Positions 1 through 9,195 of a DNA stretch of 64,000 bases are shown in pieces. The notes under the pieces were generated by a model. That model worked only from the letters and a program-made list of their open reading frames with translations, made no database searches and was not told the DNA's origin. Position numbers and translations under genes: made by a program. Location of the stretch: contig JBAZSC010000001.1 in assembly GCA_041662665.1 (NCBI GenBank), positions 449,511 to 513,510 of the forward strand, read 5' to 3'. Position 1 is the stretch's first letter; every line of letters begins with the position of its first letter. This stretch comes from Patescibacteria group bacterium (GTDB taxonomy: Bacteria; Patescibacteriota; JABMPQ01; JAQVVF01).

Positions 1-1
1 C

Positions 2-115
2 AGTGAAGATGAAAAATTTAAGACTAAAGAAGATTTAGATAAATTAGTTGATGAATACAATAAGAAAATTGAAGATATCAGAAAGAAAAAAGAAGAAGAA
101 ATCCTGACTGTCTAG
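2..115 (+). CDS. frr: Ribosome recycling factor, C-terminal fragment (partial at window edge)
   Basis: Frame 2 reads SEDEKFKTKEDLDKLVDEYNKKIEDIRKKKEEEILTV*, the typical RRF C-terminus; lies upstream of rseP. Confidence 0.85.
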   Translation, partial: SEDEKFKTKEDLDKLVDEYNKKIEDIRKKKEEEILTV

Positions 116-276
116 AAAATTATAAATTCTAAATACTAAACTCTAAACAAATTCAAAAGCCAAATTTTCAAAATTAAAAAGAATCGGTTTTGAGCATTTA
201 AAATTTTGAATTTTGGGCTTGTTTAGGATTTAGAATTTAGGATTTAGAATTTTATTTAATTTTTTTAAAAAAATAT

Positions 277-1476
277 ATGATAACTTTAATAACCTTTATA
301 ATAATTTTAGGTCTGTTGATCTTTGTTCACGAGCTCGGTCATTTTGTTGCTGCAAAAAAAGCAGGAATTAAAGTTGATGAATTCGGTTTCGGCTATCCAC
401 CAAGAATTATTGGCACTTACAAAGATCCTAAAACAAAAAAGTTTGTTTTGGTCTTACCCAAAAGAGGCAAAGGAAAAAAGCAATTAGCAGCTGTTGCAGG
501 TCAAGAATCAGAAGAAAATTTTCCAGCAACAGTATATTCATTAAACTGGTTGCCATTGGGCGGTTTTTGTAAAATGAAAGGCGAGAATGGCGATGGCAAA
601 TCAGATCCAGATAGTTTTTCAGCAAAAAAAGCTTGGCAAAGAATTATTGTTTTAATCGCTGGCGTTGCTATGAATTTTGTCTTAGCGGCATTAGTATTAA
701 TGATTGGCTTCAAAGTTGGCTTGCCAACAGCAATAGATTCTCAAAACAAAAGTTATGCCAAAGATCAAAAAGTACAGATCATGTCAATCTCCACAGATTC
801 ACCAGCTGAAAAAGTTGGCTTAAAAATTGGCGATCAAGTTGTATCAATAAATAATAAAAAATTAGAGAACGTTACTCAAGTTCAAAAAGCAATTGATAAA
901 AATAAAGGCAAGGAAATTGATTTAAAAATTAAAAGATATAATGAAAATTTAGATATAAAAATAGAGCCTAGAAAAAATCCGCCAGAAAATCAAGGCGCTT
1001 TGGGTGTCGGTTTAGTTGAGACTGGTATCGTTTCCTATCCATGGCTTACATCAATTTGGAAAGGCATAACAGCAACATTTAGTTTAACTATTGCTTTGAT
1101 AGTTGGTTTTTACGATATTATTAAAAATCTTTTTGTTGGCAATAAAATTGGCGCTGATGTTGCCGGTCCAATTGGAATTGCTGTTATGACTGGCCAAGTT
1201 ACAAAAATGGGATTTAGTTATGTTTTGCAATTTGTTGCATTATTATCAATTAATTTAGCGATTATCAATGCCTTGCCAATTCCTGCAATTGATGGCGGAA
1301 GAATATTATTTATTATCATAGAAAAAATCCGCCGCAAACCAATTTCTATGAAAGTGGAAAATATAATTCATACTACAGGCTTTGCTTTATTGATTTTATT
1401 AATGGTTGTTGTTACTTTCAGAGATGTATTTAAATTCAAAGATATCTTTATAAATTTATGGAATAAAATTTTTTAA
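277..1476 (+). CDS. rseP: RIP metalloprotease RseP (M50 family, PDZ domain)
   Basis: HELGH zinc motif, LPLGGF, NALPIPAIDGG, central PDZ. Confidence 0.95.
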   Translation: MITLITFIIILGLLIFVHELGHFVAAKKAGIKVDEFGFGYPPRIIGTYKDPKTKKFVLVLPKRGKGKKQLAAVAGQESEENFPATVYSLNWLPLGGFCKMKGENGDGKSDPDSFSAKKAWQRIIVLIAGVAMNFVLAALVLMIGFKVGLPTAIDSQNKSYAKDQKVQIMSISTDSPAEKVGLKIGDQVVSINNKKLENVTQVQKAIDKNKGKEIDLKIKRYNENLDIKIEPRKNPPENQGALGVGLVETGIVSYPWLTSIWKGITATFSLTIALIVGFYDIIKNLFVGNKIGADVAGPIGIAVMTGQVTKMGFSYVLQFVALLSINLAIINALPIPAIDGGRILFIIIEKIRRKPISMKVENIIHTTGFALLILLMVVVTFRDVFKFKDIFINLWNKIF

Positions 1477-1485
1477 TTTTTAATT

Positions 1486-2736
1486 ATGTTACAATCACAA
1501 CTTTTTACCAAAACTAAACAAACTGCGCCAAAAGATGAAATTTCATTGAACGCAAAACTTCTAATTCAAGCAGGTTTTATAAATAAAGAAATGGCTGGAG
1601 TTTATGATCTTTTGCCTTTAGGTTTAAAGGTTGTAAACAAAATTAGAAAAATTGTTAATGAAGAAATGGAAAAAATAGATTCTGAAGAAATAAGCATGTC
1701 TAGTTTACAGAATAAAGAAATTTGGAAAAAAACTGGAAGATGGGATGATAAAGCTGTTGATGTTTGGTTTAAATCAAAATTTAAAAATGATACAGAAGTT
1801 GGTTTTGGTTGGTCTCATGAAGAGCCAATTATTGAAATGATGAAATCTTTTGTCGCTAGCTATAAAGATTTGCCAAGATATGTTCATCAATTTCAAAATA
1901 AAATGAGAAATGAAGTTAGAGCAAAAAGCGGTATTATTAGATGCCGAGAATTTTTAATGAAAGATATGTATGCCTTTGCAGCATCCGAAGAAGATAATAT
2001 GGCTTTCTATAAAAAAACTACTGATGCTTATTTAAAAGTGTTTGATAGAGTTGGACTTGGCGATATCACATATGTTACATCAGCTTCTGGCGGAGTTTTT
2101 ACTGATAAATTCAGTCATGAATTTCAAACTATTTGCGATTCTGGTGAAGATATTATTTATGTAAATAAAGATAAAAAAATTGCTGTTAATGAAGAAATAT
2201 TTAATGAAGAAACTGTTAAGAAAATGGGAATGGAAATGAAAGATTTTGAACAAAAAAAAGCAGCTGAAGTTGGCAATATCTTCAATTTTGGCACAGGCAA
2301 GTGCGAGCAAATGGGTTTATATTTTATAGATAAAGATGGTACAAAAAAACCAGTTCATTTAAGTTCTTATGGTATAGGTATTACGAGATTAATGGGCGTA
2401 TTGGTAGAAGTTTTTGCAGACAATAGAGGAATCATTTGGCCAAAACAAGTCGCACCATTTCAAATTCATTTATTATGTTTACAGCAAGATAATCAAGAAG
2501 TTTCAAATAAAGCAAAAGAAATTTATGATTCTTTACTGAAAAACAATTATGACGTATTATATGATGATAGGAAAGAATCAGCAGGATACAAATTAAAAGA
2601 TTCAGATTTGCTTGGCATGCCATTGCGAATTGTCATTAGTCAAAAAACATTAGAAAAGAATTCAGTAGAGATAAAAGAACGTCAAGAGCAAAATTCCAAG
2701 TTAATTGAAATAGACGAGATTTTCAGTAACATTTAA
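1486..2736 (+). CDS. proS: Proline--tRNA ligase (short form, no editing domain)
   Basis: KMRNEVRAKSGIIRCREFLMKDMY motif 2, YGIGITRL motif 3, anticodon-binding domain. Confidence 0.93.
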   Translation: MLQSQLFTKTKQTAPKDEISLNAKLLIQAGFINKEMAGVYDLLPLGLKVVNKIRKIVNEEMEKIDSEEISMSSLQNKEIWKKTGRWDDKAVDVWFKSKFKNDTEVGFGWSHEEPIIEMMKSFVASYKDLPRYVHQFQNKMRNEVRAKSGIIRCREFLMKDMYAFAASEEDNMAFYKKTTDAYLKVFDRVGLGDITYVTSASGGVFTDKFSHEFQTICDSGEDIIYVNKDKKIAVNEEIFNEETVKKMGMEMKDFEQKKAAEVGNIFNFGTGKCEQMGLYFIDKDGTKKPVHLSSYGIGITRLMGVLVEVFADNRGIIWPKQVAPFQIHLLCLQQDNQEVSNKAKEIYDSLLKNNYDVLYDDRKESAGYKLKDSDLLGMPLRIVISQKTLEKNSVEIKERQEQNSKLIEIDEIFSNI

Positions 2737-2813
2737 TTTAATTAAAAGAAAACAGAAAACAGAAAACAGTCAACGAGAACTGTTTCCTATTTTCTATTTT
2801 CTATAATATTTTT

Positions 2814-3878
2814 ATGTCCATAGTTAATAATATTTTAGGACGCTTTTCCAAAGATATCGGAATTGATTTAGGAACAGCAAATACTTTGGTTTACGTTAAA
2901 GACAAAGGCATTGTTATCAACGAGCCTTCTGTTGTTGCAATCAACAAAAGAACAAATCAAGTATTAGCAATCGGTAATGAAGCCAAAAAAATGGTTGGAA
3001 AAACTCCAGCTCATATTGTTGCAACTAGACCTCTCGTTGATGGCGTTGTCTCTGATTTTGAAGTCACAGAACAAATGCTTCGTTATTTTATTGAAAAAGT
3101 CCATCAAGAAGGTTTCACAATCTTTCCGCGTCCTCGTGTTGTCATTGGCATTCCATCTGGAGTTACTGAAGTTGAAAGAAGGGCAGTAGAAGATGCCTCA
3201 ATTAGCGCTGGAGCTAGGCAAGCATTTTTGATCGAAGAACCTATGGCTGCAGCAATTGGCGCGCGCCTTCCAGTTCAAGATGCATCTGGAAATATGATTG
3301 TTGATATTGGCGGAGGTACTACCGAAGTTGCTGTAATTTCTTTAGGCGGATTAGTAACTGCAAAATCATTGAGAATTGCCGGCGATGAATTAAATCAAAA
3401 TATTATTGAATACGCTCGCTCTGAATTTAATTTGCTTCTAGGTGAAAAAACAGCAGAAGATATTAAGATCGCCATTGGTTCAGCTTCAAAATTAGACGAA
3501 CCGCTTGAAACAACAATGCGCGGCCGCGATTTAGTTACTGGCTTGCCAAAAGAAGTTGTTATTAATGATGAACAAGTTCGTGAAGCTTTAATGCGTTCAG
3601 TGAGAACAATTGTTAATAATATAAAAACTACAGTTGAAGAAACACCTCCAGAATTAGTCGCTGACATTATGAAAAGAGGAATAGTTTTGGCTGGCGGTGG
3701 ATCTCTACTTCGTGGCTTAGACAAAGTTTTAGCCGAGCAAACTCAAATGCCTGTTCATATTGCTGATGATCCATTGACATGTGTTGTTCGTGGTTGTGGT
3801 ATCGTTCTAGAGGATATTGATTCCTTAAAAGACGTTTTGATACCAACACAATACGAAAAACCACCAAGAATATTTTAA
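2814..3878 (+). CDS. mreB: Rod shape-determining protein MreB
   Basis: DIGIDLGTANT, DIGGGTTE, LAGGGSLL. Confidence 0.97.
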   Translation: MSIVNNILGRFSKDIGIDLGTANTLVYVKDKGIVINEPSVVAINKRTNQVLAIGNEAKKMVGKTPAHIVATRPLVDGVVSDFEVTEQMLRYFIEKVHQEGFTIFPRPRVVIGIPSGVTEVERRAVEDASISAGARQAFLIEEPMAAAIGARLPVQDASGNMIVDIGGGTTEVAVISLGGLVTAKSLRIAGDELNQNIIEYARSEFNLLLGEKTAEDIKIAIGSASKLDEPLETTMRGRDLVTGLPKEVVINDEQVREALMRSVRTIVNNIKTTVEETPPELVADIMKRGIVLAGGGSLLRGLDKVLAEQTQMPVHIADDPLTCVVRGCGIVLEDIDSLKDVLIPTQYEKPPRIF

Positions 3879-3889
3879 AGGCTTAATAG

Positions 3890-4693
3890 ATGATTAATAA
3901 ACAAGAATCGTCAACAACTTTATTTATAGTTAGCGGAGCGATAATTGTATTATTGATTATTCTTCATGTCTTTAAGATTTTGAGTCCAATTGAAAATATA
4001 GTTATTAGAATTTTTTCGCCAATTCAAAGGTATGTTTATCTTTCTGGCAATCGATTTTCTGGCAGTATAAAATTTTTTACTTCAATTAAAGATTTGAGCA
4101 AAGAAAATAAAGTTTTAATTGAAAAAGTAAATAAATTGACTTTTGAAAATTCAGAATTAGTTAGATTACAAAGTGAAAACAAAGATTTGCGTGCCCAATT
4201 AGGATTATTGAAAAAAGAAGAATTTAAATTAGTTGCAGCAAATGTTATTGGACAAGATCCAAATAATTTAATTCAATTTATTAACATTGATAAAGGAAGC
4301 AGTGATGGCATAAAAGAAAATCAGCCAGTTATCATTGCAAACAATTTTTTAATTGGCAAAGTATCTGAAGTTCAGAGCCATTCTGCAAAAGTCGTTTTAA
4401 TTACAGATGCCAGAAGTAAAATAAATGCGCAGATTCAAGGTGCTGACGCTAATGGTATTGTCAATGGTGAACATAATTTAGGTTTGGCAATGGAAATGAT
4501 TCCGCAAGACAAGATTATCCAGCGTGGAGATAAAGTCGTTACTTCTGGAGTCGGCGGTGACATGCCTGTCGGTTTATATATTGGCGAAGTCGAGGAGGTC
4601 AAGACAACAGACAATGAATTATTTCAGTCAGCCAGAATTAAAACTCAAGCTGATTTTAAAACCCTCAAAGTCATTTTTGTTATTCTAGAATAA
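3890..4693 (+). CDS. mreC: Rod shape-determining protein MreC
   Basis: N-terminal TM, coiled coil, IDKGSSDGI, VTSG..G..P.G; follows mreB. Confidence 0.93.
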   Translation: MINKQESSTTLFIVSGAIIVLLIILHVFKILSPIENIVIRIFSPIQRYVYLSGNRFSGSIKFFTSIKDLSKENKVLIEKVNKLTFENSELVRLQSENKDLRAQLGLLKKEEFKLVAANVIGQDPNNLIQFINIDKGSSDGIKENQPVIIANNFLIGKVSEVQSHSAKVVLITDARSKINAQIQGADANGIVNGEHNLGLAMEMIPQDKIIQRGDKVVTSGVGGDMPVGLYIGEVEEVKTTDNELFQSARIKTQADFKTLKVIFVILE

Positions 4694-4817
4694 AATTAAT
4701 AAATTTCTCGTAACTCTTTATACACGATTCCGCGTGTAATCAGTTATATCCGTTTTTTCGATAAATATCAAGAAGCAAGTTGATTTGTAAGTCAAAAAAA
4801 ATTTTGTAATCAAGTTT

Positions 4818-5351
4818 ATGCGTATCGCAATTTCCATAATTAGTTTAATAATCCTATCTTTTTTGCAAATTTCTTTTCTGCCAAATTTTGTCATTTTAGG
4901 TTCAGTACCAAATTTAATTTTAATAGTTGCAATAAGCTGGTGTATTGTCGGAAATTTTAAGGAAGCAATTTTTTGGGGAATTGCAGGTGGAATTATTCTT
5001 GATCTTTTTTCTCCGTTTTATTTTGGAATTATTTCTTTGAGCAATATAGCAATAATTGCAGCTATTTATTTTATTGTTAAAAACATTATTAATAGCGATG
5101 ATCGAGTCTCTGTTGCTGCAATTTGTGCGATTGCCACATTATTATACAATTTCTTTTTGATATTTTTTATATTAATTGCAAATTTAGTTAAATTAGATAA
5201 TTTAATTCAGCCATTAAGTTTTCAATTTTTGCTTTCAATTTTTGTCCAGATAATTTTTAATACGATTTTAATTTCTCTGGTTTACAATTATATTAAATCT
5301 ATCCAAGAAATTGAAAGCTATTACGAACAAAGACGACAAATAAAAGCATAA
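4818..5351 (+). CDS. mreD: Rod shape-determining protein MreD
   Basis: Hydrophobic 177-aa protein, PNL.L motif, G..LD; lies between mreC and mrdA. Confidence 0.85.
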   Translation: MRIAISIISLIILSFLQISFLPNFVILGSVPNLILIVAISWCIVGNFKEAIFWGIAGGIILDLFSPFYFGIISLSNIAIIAAIYFIVKNIINSDDRVSVAAICAIATLLYNFFLIFFILIANLVKLDNLIQPLSFQFLLSIFVQIIFNTILISLVYNYIKSIQEIESYYEQRRQIKA

Positions 5352-5407
5352 ATTAACAATTAACAATTCTAAAGTTAAATGTTAACTGTTAAAAGTTAAT
5401 TGTTCAC

Positions 5408-7399
5408 ATGCGCGACCCATTTCAAATTAAAAATTCATTAAATTTTGATAGTCGGGCAACAAACTCCGATTATGGATCAGATTGGGATGTTGATCCTTTT
5501 TTTTCTTCAAAAAGCTCGCGTCCTGATATCAAAAAACCTTTTTATAAGCATCAAAAAATTAGATGGCTTTATTTTGTTGTACTTGGAGTTTTTATTGTCC
5601 TAATTAGTCGAACATTTTTTTTGCAAATTGTTCAAGGAAATTCCTTAAAAGCAGCAGCAGAGGAAAATAGATACAGAATAAATATTACTCGAGCGCCAAG
5701 AGGAGTAATTTATGATTCTAAAAAACAAATGCTCGTGAAAAATGTGCCAAGTTTTGATGCAACAATAATTCCAGCAGATTTGCCCTTAGAAAAAAATACG
5801 GATACAGGCGAAAGAGAATGTAAAGAAAAATGTCAAAAAGTTTATTCTTTATTAAAAGACATTTTAAAAATATCAAATGATGATTTCAATGAAGCATTAA
5901 AAAAAATTGATTATACTTCTTATGAAGTATTATTAGTTAAAGAAAATGTTTCTCGCGATGAAACTTTAATAATAAATTCCAGAGATGCAGAATTGCCAGG
6001 AGTCATCATTGAAAAAAATCCAATTCGCGATTATCAATTTTCAAGCACTTTTGCTCATCTCATGGGTTACATTGGAAAAATAACTTCCGAAGAATTGGAT
6101 CAAAAGCAGAATGCTCCAAAAAAATATTTATTGAACGATTATATCGGAAAACAAGGATTAGAATTATCATACGAAGAAACATTAAAAGGTATTAATGGAC
6201 AGCAACAAGTTGAAGTTGATTCTACCGGCCGAGTTAAAAAAATTGTTAAACAAGAAGAGCCTCAAGCTGGCAATGATCTTGTTTTAAGTATTGATAAAGA
6301 TTTTCAAATCCAATTAGAAAAATCTTTAAAATCAGGAGCAGAAGTTACTGGCTCAAAAAAAGCAGCTGCAGTTGCTATGAATCCTCAAAATGGAGAAATA
6401 TTGGGTTATGTGTCTTTGCCGACATTTGATAATAATTTATTTGCTAAAGGAATTTCTGAAAAAGATTATCGCCAAATTGCTAACGATGAAAATAAACCTT
6501 TGCTTGATAGAATAATTGATGGCGTTTATCCGCCAGCTTCAACGATTAAACCAGTTGTTGCATCAGCAGCTTTAACAGAAGGCTTAATTAATGAAAATAC
6601 AACAGTTGAAGACAAAGGTTCAATTACAGTTAGAAATAAATATAATTCTGATATTATCTATAATTTCGTCGGTTGGAATCCGCAAGGTTTAGGTCCAGTT
6701 AATATTTATAGTGCAATTGCGGAATCTTCAGATATCTATTTTTATTATGTTGGTGGCGGTTTTGAGGAATTTCAGGGACTTGGAGAAAAAAAACTCGAAG
6801 AATATTACAAAAAATTTGGCCTAGGCGCTCAAACTGGCATTGACTTGCCAAATGAAGCAGAAGGTTTAATTCCAACACCATCTTGGAAAGAAAAAGCAAA
6901 AAATGAAGTTTGGTATTTAGGCGACACTTATCATATGGCAATCGGACAAGGTGATGTGCTTGCAACTCCATTGCAAGTTGCAAATTGGACTGCAATTGTT
7001 GCTAATGGCGGTACATTTTACAAACCTCATCTTGTTAAAAAGATAATTGATAATAAGCAGAATATGATTAGCGAGGTAGAATCAAGAATTGTTAGAGAAA
7101 ATTTCATTCCAAAGGGCCATATTGAAACTGTAAGGCGTGCCATGAAACAAACAGTCGAAGATGGTTCAGCAAAGATGTTGCAAGGATTAAAAGTTTCATC
7201 TGCAGGTAAAACAGGAACTGCAGAACATAGTGGAAGTGATAAAAACCACGCATGGTTTACTGTTTTCGCTCCTTATGAAAATCCAGAAATAGTTTTGACA
7301 GTTTTGGTTGAGGAAGGTATAGGCGGTGAATCTGCAGCAGTACCTATTGCCAAAGAAGTACTTCAGTGGTATTTTAATAACAAGACTAATAGTAACTAG
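5408..7399 (+). CDS. mrdA: Penicillin-binding protein 2
   Basis: APRG.IYD, STIK (SxxK), SSD (SxN variant), KTGTAE. Confidence 0.93.
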   Translation: MRDPFQIKNSLNFDSRATNSDYGSDWDVDPFFSSKSSRPDIKKPFYKHQKIRWLYFVVLGVFIVLISRTFFLQIVQGNSLKAAAEENRYRINITRAPRGVIYDSKKQMLVKNVPSFDATIIPADLPLEKNTDTGERECKEKCQKVYSLLKDILKISNDDFNEALKKIDYTSYEVLLVKENVSRDETLIINSRDAELPGVIIEKNPIRDYQFSSTFAHLMGYIGKITSEELDQKQNAPKKYLLNDYIGKQGLELSYEETLKGINGQQQVEVDSTGRVKKIVKQEEPQAGNDLVLSIDKDFQIQLEKSLKSGAEVTGSKKAAAVAMNPQNGEILGYVSLPTFDNNLFAKGISEKDYRQIANDENKPLLDRIIDGVYPPASTIKPVVASAALTEGLINENTTVEDKGSITVRNKYNSDIIYNFVGWNPQGLGPVNIYSAIAESSDIYFYYVGGGFEEFQGLGEKKLEEYYKKFGLGAQTGIDLPNEAEGLIPTPSWKEKAKNEVWYLGDTYHMAIGQGDVLATPLQVANWTAIVANGGTFYKPHLVKKIIDNKQNMISEVESRIVRENFIPKGHIETVRRAMKQTVEDGSAKMLQGLKVSSAGKTGTAEHSGSDKNHAWFTVFAPYENPEIVLTVLVEEGIGGESAAVPIAKEVLQWYFNNKTNSN

Positions 7400-7465
7400 A
7401 AATTAGTAACTAGTAATTCGGGTCGTTTTCGAGTTACTAATTACTAGTTACTTGTTACCGAATTT

Positions 7466-8296
7466 ATGCTAATCAACGGAACACAATCTGCTCGAAAAAT
7501 CCTTTCCAATATTCAAAGAAAGGTTACTATTTTGAAACAGCAAGGCCGACATTTAAAAATGGCTGTTGTTTTAGTTGGCGAAGATAAAGCTTCTTTGAGT
7601 TTTATTAGAAAAAAAGAAGAATCCTGCAAAAAAATCGGCATTAATTTTGAATTATTTAAATTTCAAGCCGATATTGATACTTTAAGTCTTGCTCAAAAAA
7701 TTAAAATTATTCAAGAAGATCCGAGATTATCAGCTTTAGTCATTCAGCTTCCATTGCCTCCAAAAATCAATACTCGCCAAGTTTTAGAGATGATCGATCC
7801 AAGACTTGATGTCGATTGTTTGACTTCACATAATTTAGGAAAATTAGCTGCTGGTATTTACAAAATTTTACCTCCGACTCCAGCTGCGATTCTACATCTC
7901 ATTAAAGAATATAATATTAATTTATTAAGAAAACATATTGTAATAGTTGGAAAAGGCGAGTTAGTAGGAAAGCCATTAGGAATTTTGCTTACTCAGGACC
8001 AAAATACTTTAACAATTTGCACAAAATTTACTAGAAACTTAGGAAATTATACAAGACAAGCTGATGTCATAATTACAGCTGTTGGAAAGCCGAATTTAAT
8101 CACTGGCGATATGGTCAAAGACAATGTTATAATTTTAGATGCTGGCACAAGCTATAAAGGCAAAAAACTTTACGGCGATGTCAATTTCAAACAAGTTTCA
8201 GAAAAAGCAAAAATGATTACTCCAGTACCTGGTGGAATTGGACCAGTCACTGTTGCAAAATTATTAGAGAATATTTTAATATTAGCTAATTTATAG
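7466..8296 (+). CDS. folD: Methylenetetrahydrofolate dehydrogenase/cyclohydrolase
   Basis: QLPLP, DVD, TPVPGGIGPVT. Confidence 0.93.
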   Translation: MLINGTQSARKILSNIQRKVTILKQQGRHLKMAVVLVGEDKASLSFIRKKEESCKKIGINFELFKFQADIDTLSLAQKIKIIQEDPRLSALVIQLPLPPKINTRQVLEMIDPRLDVDCLTSHNLGKLAAGIYKILPPTPAAILHLIKEYNINLLRKHIVIVGKGELVGKPLGILLTQDQNTLTICTKFTRNLGNYTRQADVIITAVGKPNLITGDMVKDNVIILDAGTSYKGKKLYGDVNFKQVSEKAKMITPVPGGIGPVTVAKLLENILILANL

Positions 8297-8464
8297 TATT
8301 AAAAAATCCTAAGCACTAATTTCTAAATACAAAACAAATCCAAATTTCCAAATTACCAAATTTTTAAAACGCGAATAAAGTTTTGGGTTTAATCTTTTGT
8401 ATTTTGAATTTGTTTAGAGTTTAGGATTTAGAATTTAGGATTTTTTCTCTGTGGATAATTAAGT

Positions 8465-8493
8465 TTGACAATAATTCAAGCTTAGAGTATATT
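8465..8493 (+). promoter_or_regulatory. Sigma70-type promoter of greA, with a perfect DnaA-box match just upstream (8450-8458)
   Basis: TTGACA-N17-TATATT; TGTGGATAA upstream. Confidence 0.6.
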
Positions 8494-8536
8494 AGTAGCA
8501 TTATCATCATACATAATCATACATAATCATACATAT

Positions 8537-8992
8537 ATGACACCATTTTACATTACAAAAGAAGGTCTAGAAGATTTGAAAAAACAATTAATAACATTAA
8601 AAAGCTCAAAAAGAAAAGAAGTTGCAGCTCGTCTTAAACGTGCTTTAGAACAAGGCGATTTATCTGAAAATGCAGAATATCAAGATGCCAAAGACGAACA
8701 AGCTTGGACAGAAGGAAAGATTGCAGAGCTTGATTCCAAAATTAAAAATGCTCAAATTATTTCTAAAGACAGAAATGGCAATATTTCTATTGGTTCACAA
8801 ATCAAGATAAAAAATGGCGGTCGCGCTTTAGAATACACAATTGTTGGTTCACAAGAAGCCAATCCAGCAGAAGGTAAGATTTCCAATGAATCACCAATCG
8901 GCATGGCATTTTTAGGCCACAAAAAAGGTGAGCGTGTTAAAGTTCAGACACCTGATGGATTTATCGAATATAAAATTTTGCAGGTTAGCTAG
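8537..8992 (+). CDS. greA: Transcription elongation factor GreA
   Basis: GDLSENAEY, ISNESPIG. Confidence 0.96.
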   Translation: MTPFYITKEGLEDLKKQLITLKSSKRKEVAARLKRALEQGDLSENAEYQDAKDEQAWTEGKIAELDSKIKNAQIISKDRNGNISIGSQIKIKNGGRALEYTIVGSQEANPAEGKISNESPIGMAFLGHKKGERVKVQTPDGFIEYKILQVS

Positions 8993-9030
8993 GACGTATT
9001 TAAACACTAAAACAACGAAACACAGAAACA

Positions 9031-9056
9031 ATCGCCATTAAAACTGGCGATTTTTT
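9031..9056 (+). terminator. Intrinsic terminator after greA
   Basis: ATCGCCA-ttaaaac-TGGCGAT followed by a T-tract. Confidence 0.7.
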
Positions 9057-9112
9057 ATAGCCAAAATCAACAAAACTTGATAAAATAAACATATTATAAC
9101 TTTAAATAATTT

Positions 9113-9186
9113 GTCATTCTGAGCGAAGCGAAGAATCCCATTATTACTATCTATTCACGGGATCCCTCACAGCGGTTCGGGATGAC
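9113..9186. repeat. REP-like palindromic element (GTCATTCTGAGCGAAGCGAAGAATC...GGGATGAC type)
   Basis: GC-rich, terminal inverted repeat GTCATTC/GGATGAC, directly upstream of lysS. Confidence 0.65.
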
Positions 9187-9195
9187 TTGTAAAAT

